Positions 9,701 through 18,693 of a stretch of 64,000 nt of DNA are shown here, one piece after another. The stretch is from the IMG/VR virus record IMGVR_UViG_3300020447_000001, positions 1-64,000 of that record. The stretch is one strand, 5' to 3'. Under the pieces are notes generated by a model. That model was not told the DNA's origin and ran no database searches. It saw only the letters and a program-made list of their open reading frames with translations. How positions within the stretch are numbered: position 1 is the first letter of the stretch; the number at the start of each line of letters is the position of its first letter. The DNA is from a virus. A program made the position numbers and the translations under genes.

Positions 9701-10939
9701 GCGCAAACGGAAGAGGGCCGACAGCACCGCGTTAATCTTGGTGCTGAGCATGTAAGAATACAGCAAATGGAAGCTAATCGGGCTGTTGATTCGGCAACAA
9801 AACTCTTTAAAGGTGCTTTGACCGCTGAAGGACGGGGATTTCTTTTGACGCCGTCTGGGGAAGTGCTTGATGCTTTGGGTATACCTAGGGACGCAGAGCT
9901 AGAAGGAGAGGAATTGGAACAGGCTCGTAATCTTCAGGGATATCGTAATGTTGCAATGGGCATAAAAGAAACAAAAGATATGTCTGTTGAGGGCATTAAA
10001 GAAATTGCTGACACGGAATGGGAAGACGAAAGCACAGAAGAAGGAAGAGCAGCTAATAAAGCTAAGGCAGAAGCACTTGCAGAGAAACACGGACTACCGG
10101 CAGGTTCTGAGTCTGCCGTTAGGAAGGTAGGCAGGCTTGGAAAACGTATGGGAGTAGTGGGTCGCTTAACCAAAGAAGATGACTCGTCTATCGCTAAGAT
10201 AAAGAGACTAGAGGGAAAACTTAATTGGGAGAAAGTTAGAGAGCACGGCGGAACAGATACCGAGAAGTACCAAGAGCTGCAATCAGAACTTGACGCAGAG
10301 AAAGCAGCGTTAGGAGAGCGACACGAGGGGCATACGGGGGATGAAATTCTTAAAGCACATGCCGATGTAGAGGAAGAGGGTGCGCGTCTTCAACAAGAGG
10401 CCCAAAGAATTACACAGTTAGATAAAGGCGGCGCGGTGGGCGAGCTAGGAGCCTCCTTAGGTTTAGGGGAAGAAGGCGTTAGGAAATTACAAGAAGATTT
10501 TGGTAGTTATGGTCAAACAGACGAAGGAAGCAATATTCTTAAAGATATTTCTATAGCGGCCAAACAATCTAGGGACATTATCGGTAAGTCTGGTTTAGAG
10601 GATAAGGCAGCATTTAGCCTTATTGAACAAGCTAAGGATAATAAATGGACAGCGGACAAGTTAGCTAGTGAAATGGGTGAGGATGTTTCGGCTGATCAAG
10701 CACAGCAATTGTTAACGCACGGAACTACACTCAAACGTTCAGGTATGTTAAGTGGCTTGGCTAAGGGGTTAAAGGGTGAAAAACTTCAGGAGCATGTGTC
10801 TAAAGAGTTAGCCTCCATGGAAGAATCAAAAATGTCCTCAGAAGATTTAAAAGAAAAGGTAATGCAAATAAGAGGGACAGTAACACTTAAGGGTCAAACG
10901 TTAACGTTATCGGAAGTAGAAGGAACACAAGGGCAATAG
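6701..10939 (+). CDS. Tail tape measure protein
   Basis: 1412 aa, A/Q/G/M/E-rich and predicted mostly helical; lies between chaperone-like and baseplate genes. Exact start uncertain (TTG 6701 or ATG 6743). Confidence 0.8.
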   Translation: MQGSNIVQNPYQQQMMPWNMGFQNPYSPNQGQDLMLLQQLSQGFSPVMTMPQQQMRTGFEQLPGFNSPGLTGFALNQFVAPMLQQQMSRQGMVPGGMSSQNMLDYMQNQQFQTQQQDMLRRVAGDTTQAGVVDFFRGAAEMSGREFDAPQRSAARQVGSMAATFAPLLAQIMPEQLDAMSGRKGSAVVMAQRMSNTNRFRVDPVTGLMGYDPESTEQQFRSLFDEMYSDQNMANMRGVRAGEVGGMYQELSKRGMIARDSRPTHLRTAEAASNVWATGGTEAQNRIRDVLGDDAPMTEGGGIDFSKLSPDQMTKLRNQTDVSTQLRSFDSDKIKGSLEGYVDIVSTMKEIFGEAGQANAPMSKLIASLETLTQGGLTQVNPGRLNEMVRTTTQLAQTSGMSIDAALMLQQHSAGALQNRGMNPIMAMQITQGGLAFGQAMGAQGAFANPAWGLGNMDQNRQLDVNLRANAAASPLVNAMGAVTRAGQEAGGYDEGSEAYALDAAIKAGRTSYVNPATGKTVQLSGLTPAGMMDIMAAGNEDISRQQARQYVNQTAANQESIFEHDTANLGRQLQGAQIGRNLYERTARNTARSFLTAEGLDAGMADDIGVAVSGAMQGMTAEERTNKEKRTQIMADAIMESSGGAISEQDARIQAGLMWGNMEERVSGRFSDPRYRGYGSMQNLMLQQDRSTQSLSVLQRKMGKVDARTKNALGGLTGGSWMGKLVGAVQDAKEGGEGAAISDVLGKAVGGVRAEEIRELMEPELVSLNASREKVKTLTQELQNSEEGPNRDRIEQELNEEQALLESKSNELRTMAEENGLLDQEAALDLTDIQEQEEAQAVVADNRRKVLTLDPDDPDSRTLDPGNAEDRKIIEGRMEMLEAGGGGATMRRAEKELRAKNRELLEGAALDPRFMKRAGGRGLRAIQEMEAAMRTQTRLSSYFGGDAARQSTGLVDKEGQADRLENLVLAEERSLFDKEGQLDPRFKGTDVEGLTRSEVMAQTEEGRQHRVNLGAEHVRIQQMEANRAVDSATKLFKGALTAEGRGFLLTPSGEVLDALGIPRDAELEGEELEQARNLQGYRNVAMGIKETKDMSVEGIKEIADTEWEDESTEEGRAANKAKAEALAEKHGLPAGSESAVRKVGRLGKRMGVVGRLTKEDDSSIAKIKRLEGKLNWEKVREHGGTDTEKYQELQSELDAEKAALGERHEGHTGDEILKAHADVEEEGARLQQEAQRITQLDKGGAVGELGASLGLGEEGVRKLQEDFGSYGQTDEGSNILKDISIAAKQSRDIIGKSGLEDKAAFSLIEQAKDNKWTADKLASEMGEDVSADQAQQLLTHGTTLKRSGMLSGLAKGLKGEKLQEHVSKELASMEESKMSSEDLKEKVMQIRGTVTLKGQTLTLSEVEGTQGQ

Positions 10940-10941
10940 AT

Positions 10942-11430
10942 ATGTCTGCATCTGTATATACAGCAACACCAGTTGGTACTGTAAATAAACTTCCGGACGA
11001 AACAAGGTTCGCTACCTTTGCTTTAATAAAACCGGAACCCAGCATATCGTTTGAAATACATAAAGCAATAATAACGAGCTGGGTTTTTAATGAAAACGTT
11101 AACGTACAGTTTACGCACACTATGGGTAACGATATTTATTTAAATGTTTTTGGCAATAGGATGGGTACTCTTTCGATTAATGGCCTTTCGTTTAATGCAG
11201 TAGGTAAACAAAAAAATTGTGACCCCGGACAGAACCACGGCATAGTAGATATTATCAAATGGTATCGCGATAACCGCGTTTCAAACCCCAACGGTCCCGG
11301 TAGAGTAAAAGTAGTACTTGGGGGAGGTGAAACAGTAGAAGGGTATTTGATTGGCGCTTCGTATCGCGCAAATGACCCTGTAAATTACACGGTGGAATAT
11401 TCTTTGCAATTAGCTGCAATCCCTAAATAA
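10942..11430 (+). CDS. Tube-fold baseplate protein (tube initiator, gp48/gp54-like)
   Basis: 162 aa directly after the tape measure; NVNVQFTHTMGNDIYLNVFGNRMGTLSINGL resembles tube-initiator folds. Confidence 0.55.
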   Translation: MSASVYTATPVGTVNKLPDETRFATFALIKPEPSISFEIHKAIITSWVFNENVNVQFTHTMGNDIYLNVFGNRMGTLSINGLSFNAVGKQKNCDPGQNHGIVDIIKWYRDNRVSNPNGPGRVKVVLGGGETVEGYLIGASYRANDPVNYTVEYSLQLAAIPK

Positions 11431-11432
11431 TC

Positions 11433-12215
11433 ATGTTTAATCACGCACGTAATTTATTGATAAATATTTCTGGGTCTAATAACCCTGGACCGGATTACCT
11501 CGGGGAAGAGCTTGTACCGTATGAATATTACGCTCGTTCGCTAAGTACTCCTTTACAAAACATTCGGCATCAACTGTTTGGAGCTGATCCGGACAGAGCT
11601 ATGCTTAATTATCGTGCTCATCAGTTGCTGTCCACGATAGAGAAAACCTCTTTGCAGGAGTTTGTTACAGATTTAGACAACCGCATTACCTATCAATTCG
11701 GCAAAGACCATGCTTTAGCACTTCACGACACGTGGAAACCAAAAGTATTACGAGTGGGCGGGGATCTTTCTAATGAATTAACCGTTACTGGCACCCCAGT
11801 TCGTCCCGATTATACGGGCCGACTTTATTATCAATTTTCAGTAGATTTGTCCGGAACGGCTATCACGGTGTCACGAGAAACACCACCCATAAACGCTGAA
11901 AGCACTAACTATTCGTTAACTAACAGTCTTTCACCTGCTTTTGATTTGCTTTACACGGGATACAGCATACACGTTAATACTACAAGCAGTTTAGTCTCCT
12001 GGTCTATTTCAGGTTATTTACGGCCTCAATTATCTTTTGACGATATTGTCCAATCCCTCGACAAGGTAGGGGAACCTACATTAGTAGCGCTATTTGGAAC
12101 AGAAAACGTTGAACCATGGAATACATTTAAGAATCTATGGTACGACAGTCCAGACGTAATATATCGGATAGGCGCTATAACTTTAGCTTTAATTTATAGA
12201 ACAAACGAAGCGTAG
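11433..12215 (+). CDS. Hypothetical tail/baseplate protein
   Basis: 260-aa ORF tightly packed in the tail operon; no recognised motif. Confidence 0.6.
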   Translation: MFNHARNLLINISGSNNPGPDYLGEELVPYEYYARSLSTPLQNIRHQLFGADPDRAMLNYRAHQLLSTIEKTSLQEFVTDLDNRITYQFGKDHALALHDTWKPKVLRVGGDLSNELTVTGTPVRPDYTGRLYYQFSVDLSGTAITVSRETPPINAESTNYSLTNSLSPAFDLLYTGYSIHVNTTSSLVSWSISGYLRPQLSFDDIVQSLDKVGEPTLVALFGTENVEPWNTFKNLWYDSPDVIYRIGAITLALIYRTNEA

Positions 12216-12224
12216 GTATGCACG

Positions 12225-13997
12225 ATGGTAAAGTCCGATGGTACTGCACTAGTACGTTTTTATGATGCTCCTAACCCTGAAGCGGCATCACAGCCGACGC
12301 TTTATCTAAAGATAGAGGGTGTAGGAAAATTTGCGGTAATGCAATACAGCTCTACTTTTGCTAAGAACGAAGTGCCTACTGCTACATGTGTTTTAGCTAC
12401 TGGAACTTCAGTGAGCGGTAATACATCAACAGGAATTCCAGAGGAGTTAGCGGAAAATCTTGACGGAGCGGAGCTTACTAAGGCAGAAGTTTTCATGCGG
12501 TTTGGTGAGGGCTCGCGTTGGGAAGGGTCGACGACCAGGGAATGGCCAACAGCCGAAGAATGCATCTTTGAAGGTTATTACGCAGGCTTATCGTATGCTC
12601 GTGTTGGACCTCAGGTGCAAATGACAATTAATCTAGTACATCAGTTAGTGGATTTAACTTTTGGTAGTTTAATGACTGGCTGGCAGCATCCGTCTAACCC
12701 AGCTAATTTTTTAGAACCTGCGGTTGCTCCACTGGTGGGTGGTACAGGAGGTGATTGTGTATCGGCAGATGCTGGAGGAACGCAAGGTAGTTGGACAGTA
12801 GGAACTTTTATGGATACTGTGTCAGGCGGCGGGTCGTCAGATTTTGGTGAAGCTATTCTTATGGCGCTTTTGTGCCTGACGTCACAGGACGTATTTAAAA
12901 CGGATTGTTTGGGCGAAACCCTACCCGATCAACCAAATCAAGCCGCAGCTGAAGTATTAAAAAACATGGGTTCAAAAACCGGTGCTTTGCGGCCACCGTT
13001 AGATACAGACGGATTTTTGAATGCTATCGGTTACTACCTGGGTGCCATTATCGAGGATCAAAACGGGTTAACTTACTGGGACTATCTTGTAGGTAAAGTG
13101 TGTCCTGACTTTGCAATGTCTGTGATTCCATTCCCAAGTAAAAAAAGTGGTCCTGAAGGAATGTATGCTTATCTTGCCCCTGATAATCCTGGTTTAAATA
13201 CAGAATATAGAACACTTTATCTGGAAGACTATACAAACTTTAATCTTAAGGCACGAATGTGGAAACCGCTTTACGCCGTTGGCGTTATGAGCGCAGGAGA
13301 TAATCTTTCGGGGGCGGAGTGTGGCGCTAACGAGTGCCTTCCAGATGGCGGCGCTTTATGTGTAGGCGGTGTGTTCCCAGCTCCTGGTTCGTTGAAAAGA
13401 CAACTAGGACAGTATTTATTAATTCGTCAGCCAGAATGGCTTAAACATCTTAATTTAAACAGTGGTGCTGTGAGGGAATTCGGGGATACCGGCAAAGGAG
13501 CACACGACGCTATAGAGGCAGAGGCTGAACTTAAACCTGACGCGGACAAGGAACCGAAAGCCTTAAATACAAAGCGCAGTGAAGTCTTGGACATGTACGC
13601 GAAGATGTATTATGTGAGCAACGCTATAAACGGGCGTGGCGGGACATTTGACACTAAGTTTCGTTACGATATTGCCCCCGGATCTATTTTAAAGCTAGAT
13701 AAAGGCTTACACCCCAATCACACTCGACACAACGGTACAAATACATACAAAGAGTTACCGGGCACAGTCTATGTACAGGTAAGTCGAGTTACTCATAACG
13801 TAAACGCCGAATCTGCCATGGCCAAGACTTCTTTCGACTGCGTGCATCTTCGCACTGAGAAAGAAAATGACGCGGGTCAGCCCGAAGGACGGTATTCCAT
13901 AGATGAGCATGTGTTTTTGAAAGGCGCAGAAGGCCCTTATAAGGGTATATACTTAATTGAAAATTGGGGCATATGTCATGGTCCTTGTATGGATTAA
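12225..13997 (+). CDS. Baseplate hub protein (gp27/GpD-like)
   Basis: N-terminal YSSTFAKNEVPTATCVL and C-terminal GTFDTKFRYDIAPGSILKL...VQVSRVTHNVN...KTSF fit the hub beta-barrel pattern; position in the tail operon agrees. Confidence 0.6.
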   Translation: MVKSDGTALVRFYDAPNPEAASQPTLYLKIEGVGKFAVMQYSSTFAKNEVPTATCVLATGTSVSGNTSTGIPEELAENLDGAELTKAEVFMRFGEGSRWEGSTTREWPTAEECIFEGYYAGLSYARVGPQVQMTINLVHQLVDLTFGSLMTGWQHPSNPANFLEPAVAPLVGGTGGDCVSADAGGTQGSWTVGTFMDTVSGGGSSDFGEAILMALLCLTSQDVFKTDCLGETLPDQPNQAAAEVLKNMGSKTGALRPPLDTDGFLNAIGYYLGAIIEDQNGLTYWDYLVGKVCPDFAMSVIPFPSKKSGPEGMYAYLAPDNPGLNTEYRTLYLEDYTNFNLKARMWKPLYAVGVMSAGDNLSGAECGANECLPDGGALCVGGVFPAPGSLKRQLGQYLLIRQPEWLKHLNLNSGAVREFGDTGKGAHDAIEAEAELKPDADKEPKALNTKRSEVLDMYAKMYYVSNAINGRGGTFDTKFRYDIAPGSILKLDKGLHPNHTRHNGTNTYKELPGTVYVQVSRVTHNVNAESAMAKTSFDCVHLRTEKENDAGQPEGRYSIDEHVFLKGAEGPYKGIYLIENWGICHGPCMD

Positions 13998-14023
13998 ACA
14001 AACTAACCAACTCACAGAGTGCA

Positions 14024-14746
14024 ATGGATTATTTAGAACCAGAATATAAAGACGCTTACGAAAGCTGGACTCAGGATGATACTCCAGAGGGCAATGCAGC
14101 TATGCTCAAAGCAGTAGATCCGATCGTGCAAAAAGGTGTAGCGATGTATGGGGGCGGTCAGAGCCCATTAACCAAAAGTCGAGCACGCAAGCTTGCGCTG
14201 CAAAGTTTGACTAATTATGACAGGGGACGTTCTCGATTGCAGAGCCATCTACTGAATCAAATGCAAGGGTTACGTCGCATTTCGCAGCAACAACATGCGG
14301 TTATCCACGCGCCTGAACGTGTGATGCTTGATAACCATAAACTGCACCGATACACACAAGAACTTCAGGACGAACTTGGGCGAGAACCCAGCGACGGCGA
14401 GTTATCAAATAAAGCTGGTGTGTCATTGAAAAGAATCAAATACGTGCGAGAATGGCAACCTGGATTAACTACGGGACAGCTTGCGGCAGCAGACCCAGAA
14501 GGTTCCCCAGGCGTTAAATCATTAGACCAAAATAATAACGCTTGGTTGGAGGTTGTTTACGATAGCCTTCCCCCTATAGACCAGAAAATTATGGAATGGT
14601 CTTTAGGGCTACACGGCCACGAGCAACTTTCTAATAAAAAGATTGCTTCAAAATTGTCGCGTAGTCCTGGCGCTATTAGTCAACGCAAGGCAAAGATTCA
14701 GCAACTTATAAGGCAAGAGGAATTTCTCTCGCCGTTTATGGGGTAA
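14024..14746 (+). CDS. Sigma-70-family RNA polymerase sigma factor
   Basis: Region 2-like YDRGRSRLQSHLLNQMQG, region 3 LQDELGREPSDGELSNKAGVS, region 4 LPPIDQKIMEWSLGL...LSNKKIASKLSRSPGAISQRKAK. The ORF track starts at 13964 (overlapping the hub gene); ATG 14024 is more plausible. Confidence 0.85.
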   Translation: MDYLEPEYKDAYESWTQDDTPEGNAAMLKAVDPIVQKGVAMYGGGQSPLTKSRARKLALQSLTNYDRGRSRLQSHLLNQMQGLRRISQQQHAVIHAPERVMLDNHKLHRYTQELQDELGREPSDGELSNKAGVSLKRIKYVREWQPGLTTGQLAAADPEGSPGVKSLDQNNNAWLEVVYDSLPPIDQKIMEWSLGLHGHEQLSNKKIASKLSRSPGAISQRKAKIQQLIRQEEFLSPFMG

Positions 14747-14748
14747 TC

Positions 14749-15213
14749 ATGAGCGAACCTAAATCATCACAAAAGTCATCGGTATCAGATATTATAACCT
14801 CTCTCATAGACGAGCTAACGTCACAGGCTAAAGACGAGGCAAAAGATCGCAAGCAAAACAAGCAAGTGAAATGGAAAATGCCACTTAAGAAAGACTGGGA
14901 CGGCGACATTTTTAAATGGGAAAAGATGGATAAACCGTTTGATTCTAAAAAATCTAACGATGAGTTGAAAGACGTTGTTAAAGACCCTAAGAATCCAGGT
15001 AATGTTGGAGACCTAGTTAGTACAATGACTCAGATCGAATATTTAGCCATGGCAGAGCGCGCATTTAGAGCAAGACATACCATGACTTTCCCTAGAAATA
15101 TTGCGCACGCTACTGCAAGACAAAATGGATTTAGTAAGGACAAAGGTCCGTTTAAAATGTCAGTTTTAAAGTATCTAGAAGACATTAGTAAGATGAGCGC
15201 GGGGGATCTTTAA
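14749..15213 (+). CDS. Hypothetical protein
   Basis: 154-aa K/D-rich ORF, translationally coupled to both neighbours. Confidence 0.6.
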   Translation: MSEPKSSQKSSVSDIITSLIDELTSQAKDEAKDRKQNKQVKWKMPLKKDWDGDIFKWEKMDKPFDSKKSNDELKDVVKDPKNPGNVGDLVSTMTQIEYLAMAERAFRARHTMTFPRNIAHATARQNGFSKDKGPFKMSVLKYLEDISKMSAGDL

Positions 15214-15698
15214 TGGCAGAGCAATACGCAACACTTACCGATTATATAGGCAGAACTGTTGATATTGCTGCCTTTAAAGGCTGGAAGGTTAATTCACACG
15301 TTAAGGTAACGCAAGCGCTAGTAATGCCGGGTAAGAGCGGCGAGCTAATAACTGGCATTGAAAAGTTAATTCAGCGGTACACCATCGAATTACTCACTGA
15401 ACAAGGCACGTTAGTTTATTTACCGAATAGAGGGACTGGGTTTATTACGTCTGCTCGGCAGGGGTTTTGGCGCACAACAGCTGACGTACAAGATGCGTTT
15501 AGCTTAGCGTCACCAGACATGTCCCGTAATTTACGGGGCGAAGAAAGTACAAGCGATCCAGATGATGAACGGTTTGACTCTGCAAAGTTATTAGCCGTCT
15601 CGTTACTTGGTGACGAGGTTACAATGTCTATTAAGATTACTAGCTTAGCTGGATCTACATTTACGGCTGTACTACCGATTACAGTAACACCGTTCTAG
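15213..15698 (+). CDS. Baseplate wedge protein (gp25/GpW-like)
   Basis: 161 aa with LITGIEKLIQRYTIELLTEQG..LPNRGTGF; directly precedes the BplJ-like gene. Confidence 0.7.
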   Translation: MAEQYATLTDYIGRTVDIAAFKGWKVNSHVKVTQALVMPGKSGELITGIEKLIQRYTIELLTEQGTLVYLPNRGTGFITSARQGFWRTTADVQDAFSLASPDMSRNLRGEESTSDPDDERFDSAKLLAVSLLGDEVTMSIKITSLAGSTFTAVLPITVTPF

Positions 15699-15708
15699 GG
15701 GATGCATT

Positions 15709-17361
15709 ATGGTAACAGAACTTTCAAGCTTATCACAGTTGGACGCTACTAAAGTTGCAACGTTATTAACGCAACTGACAGAAGAAGTACAAGAGGATAA
15801 TGCCGACCTAGACGTAAAACGTGGTGTGTTTCACGACACAGTACTGTATTTTCATGCCGTATTGGAAAGCGCCATTCGCGATAATTTAGATCGCTATCAG
15901 ACTGGGCGTAGCTTGAGGCAAATTGAATTAGATCCCGCAGTCGCTGACGCTGATACGGTGAACGACATACTCTCAAACTGGGGTATTACAAGAAAGGAAG
16001 GAACGCAAGCCAAAGGAACTGTTGTCATAGTAGTTAGCGAGTCTACAAGCGTAACAATTTCTTCGGGTGCTACGTTCGAAGCTAATGGAGTAGTGTTCTC
16101 AGCGGACAATAGTTACACCTCCACGACTAACACAGCGTCTACGACAGAGAACGATAGGTTACTGACGGAATTAAGCGACGGAAATTACATGTTTACAATT
16201 TTTGTCACAGCAAATACCGACGGGCCAACGGGTAAATTAAACGTCAATACTGTGGTTGTACCTAATAATCCAATTTCAAATTATGTCACAAGTTATGCTG
16301 CTTCAGATTTTTCAGATGGTATAAGCACAGAAACAAACGCAGAATTAATGCAGCAACTGCAAGACGGCATATCTGCGAAAGCGTTATCTAATCGAGTTAA
16401 CATGCGTGGGTTATTGCGGTCGCTATCGCAATTTGCTTCGATTACTAATCAATCTATCGTCGGTTATGGTGATTCTGAGATGTTACGGGATCAGCACTCT
16501 ATTTTCCCGATTAGTTACGGTGGACGTGTCGATTGGTATATACGAGGAGAAGTTGATTTAAACACCGTCGGACTAACAAAAGAAGCGACTTTAATGAGTA
16601 TTGATACGTCTACTGATCGTGGTACGTGGCAGTTTACCGTGCTTAAAGACGATGCGCCTGGTTTTTATGAGATTCGTAGTATTCTTCCGTACGGTGTCAC
16701 TCCGGTCGGCACAGAAACGTTTTCTATTACCAGTGAAATACGTGATGTGGACTTAACTGGAACGGGCCTCATCCCAGACATTACTATCCAGCAAGAAGGG
16801 TCTTTTACTTCGTATCAAACAGCCACAATTCAGTTCCTCGATACTGAGACAGATACGACTGCATTAGCGGTTGGCGACAAAAAGAATTATTCCGTAACCG
16901 TAACAGGAAGTGGGCACACTAAAGAATTACAAGACTATTTTGGAAGTCGAGATGCTCGTTGTTTTGGTTCAGACATTCTTGTGAAAGCGCCTGTGCCTTG
17001 TTTTGTGCAGATATCAATGACAGTTAATAAATCGTCTGGCGATGCTGACCCCAATACTGATGACATGAAAAATGCTATTGCAGCTGTTGTCAATGGAACG
17101 GGGTTTATAGGGCGTTTAGACGGCTCTAGAATATTAGAAGTAGCTAATGCTTACATTCAAAACAATATTAGTATTACACAGCTAGATTTAATAGGACGTA
17201 TTTTTACACCTGATTACACAAACGTATGGATTCGCAGTAATGACAGTTTGGTGATACCATCTACCGCTGGTAGTATGGTATCAGCTAAGACGGTTCAATT
17301 TTTTATTGAAGTTGAAGATATTTCGGTCAATATGCAGACCAGCATACCGACATTTAGTTGA
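15709..17361 (+). CDS. Baseplate J-like wedge protein (gp6-like)
   Basis: DLDVKRGVFHDTVL, NWGITRKEGTQAKGTVVI, FSDGISTETNAELMQQL: typical BplJ architecture. Confidence 0.8.
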   Translation: MVTELSSLSQLDATKVATLLTQLTEEVQEDNADLDVKRGVFHDTVLYFHAVLESAIRDNLDRYQTGRSLRQIELDPAVADADTVNDILSNWGITRKEGTQAKGTVVIVVSESTSVTISSGATFEANGVVFSADNSYTSTTNTASTTENDRLLTELSDGNYMFTIFVTANTDGPTGKLNVNTVVVPNNPISNYVTSYAASDFSDGISTETNAELMQQLQDGISAKALSNRVNMRGLLRSLSQFASITNQSIVGYGDSEMLRDQHSIFPISYGGRVDWYIRGEVDLNTVGLTKEATLMSIDTSTDRGTWQFTVLKDDAPGFYEIRSILPYGVTPVGTETFSITSEIRDVDLTGTGLIPDITIQQEGSFTSYQTATIQFLDTETDTTALAVGDKKNYSVTVTGSGHTKELQDYFGSRDARCFGSDILVKAPVPCFVQISMTVNKSSGDADPNTDDMKNAIAAVVNGTGFIGRLDGSRILEVANAYIQNNISITQLDLIGRIFTPDYTNVWIRSNDSLVIPSTAGSMVSAKTVQFFIEVEDISVNMQTSIPTFS

Positions 17362-17403
17362 TGAATCCGTTTTAATTACCATTTCCGTCAAGGAGGATAT
17401 GAA

Positions 17404-17619
17404 ATGGCAGACGTAAAAAGTAATAAGTTCACGCTTTCGAAAAAGGATTTTTCGAAACTTGGCTATGGATTAGGGGTCGCGTGTGCAGGAGCTGCGCTTA
17501 CTTATTTAACTGAGTGGGCGACGACAACAGATTTTGGGGAGTACACCCCGCTAGTAGTTTGTGCACTATCTGTTTTTGTGAACACATTACGAAAGTGGAT
17601 GACTAACACTGAAACGTAA
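17404..17619 (+). CDS. Small two-TM membrane protein (holin-like)
   Basis: 71 aa, two hydrophobic segments, basic C-terminus, strong RBS aaggagg. Confidence 0.55.
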   Translation: MADVKSNKFTLSKKDFSKLGYGLGVACAGAALTYLTEWATTTDFGEYTPLVVCALSVFVNTLRKWMTNTET

Positions 17620-17629
17620 GGAGAATTTC

Positions 17630-18166
17630 ATGGGACTCACGCGAAAAGAGTGGATTGCTACTCTTTTAGGACTAGGATTAGTTTTATATGGAGTAGGAGG
17701 CTATCTAACTTCCCAAGCAGCTGACGCCGAGATGAATTTAAATTGGTGGGCGCAAGTTGGGGGAGTAACAGGCCTAGGAAGTGTAATTTTGCTGTGGGGA
17801 TTAAAGCGGTTCATTTTTGAAACCGGTTTAACTCCAATCGCAGTTATTAACAAACCAGAGAGTCGCGTTCGCGTTGTGCCTAAATCTGACGGGATTATCG
17901 ACAACCAAGAGCAAAGAGATTTAGAGGCGCTTCACCATATGGCTGCTCGTATGCGTGGAAACCCTCAAGGTTTGTCTCTTTGTCGTCAGCTACACGATTG
18001 TTTGTTTGAGCTACACCACGGGGCTATTGTTGTGGAAGAAGGTCACTCTGTAAGCTTCAAATCGTTTCTTGAGACAGATGACCGTGGAACTCGTTTGCAA
18101 CGGTCGAAAATGGTTGCGGAACCTTCTCGTGAAAGTACGGACGAAGATCCCAGAGGAGTGCTATAG
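17630..18166 (+). CDS. Membrane protein (two N-terminal TM segments)
   Basis: Hydrophobic WIATLLGLGLVLYGVGGYL and WWAQVGGVTGLGSVILLWGL segments followed by a soluble domain. Confidence 0.65.
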   Translation: MGLTRKEWIATLLGLGLVLYGVGGYLTSQAADAEMNLNWWAQVGGVTGLGSVILLWGLKRFIFETGLTPIAVINKPESRVRVVPKSDGIIDNQEQRDLEALHHMAARMRGNPQGLSLCRQLHDCLFELHHGAIVVEEGHSVSFKSFLETDDRGTRLQRSKMVAEPSRESTDEDPRGVL

Positions 18167-18219
18167 CGGCGTAATACTGGTTAAGCAAGGACGTTTCATT
18201 AAGCAAGGAAGGCTTACCA

Positions 18220-18693
18220 ATGAGATACCCATTTTTATTGGTTTTATTGTCATTGTCTGGATGTATTTACCCTACGGTAGATAGTTTAAAACCTAAACCC
18301 GATATAAAAGTAATCCCTAATGTCAGCATAGATTTTGAGTTACCCCCGCCGGAGCTCAAAGCACTTGTCGCACCTTTACGTGGCATAGTTACGGACAAGA
18401 AAGATGCGTTAAAGGTGGCTAACTTTTTCTTGGAGTTTGCTGACGTTATTAAACGAGATAAGGATGTAATAACAACAACAGCTATGATTCGAGAAGGGTT
18501 TATACGTGCCGAAAAATTGATGCTGCAACGAACGGCAATGGTGGGAAAGTACCCTGGGTTTGGGGCAGCAAAAGACAATGTACTAAAAGAAACCCTTGGT
18601 CTTGAAAGTGTAGCATTGGACGACGAGAAACGCGAAGAAGCGGTTAACTCGTTTAAAGCTATTGCTTGGGCAGTAGGAGGGGACGATGGCTAA
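18220..18693 (+). CDS. Lipoprotein
   Basis: Signal peptide MRYPFLLVLLSLSG|C with an LSGC lipobox. Confidence 0.7.
   Translation: MRYPFLLVLLSLSGCIYPTVDSLKPKPDIKVIPNVSIDFELPPPELKALVAPLRGIVTDKKDALKVANFFLEFADVIKRDKDVITTTAMIREGFIRAEKLMLQRTAMVGKYPGFGAAKDNVLKETLGLESVALDDEKREEAVNSFKAIAWAVGGDDG

Noticed and set aside
18181-18209. Direct repeat ttaagcaagga x2 upstream of the lipoprotein gene
   Set aside because: Only 11 nt, two copies, and not seen elsewhere; insufficient to call an operator.
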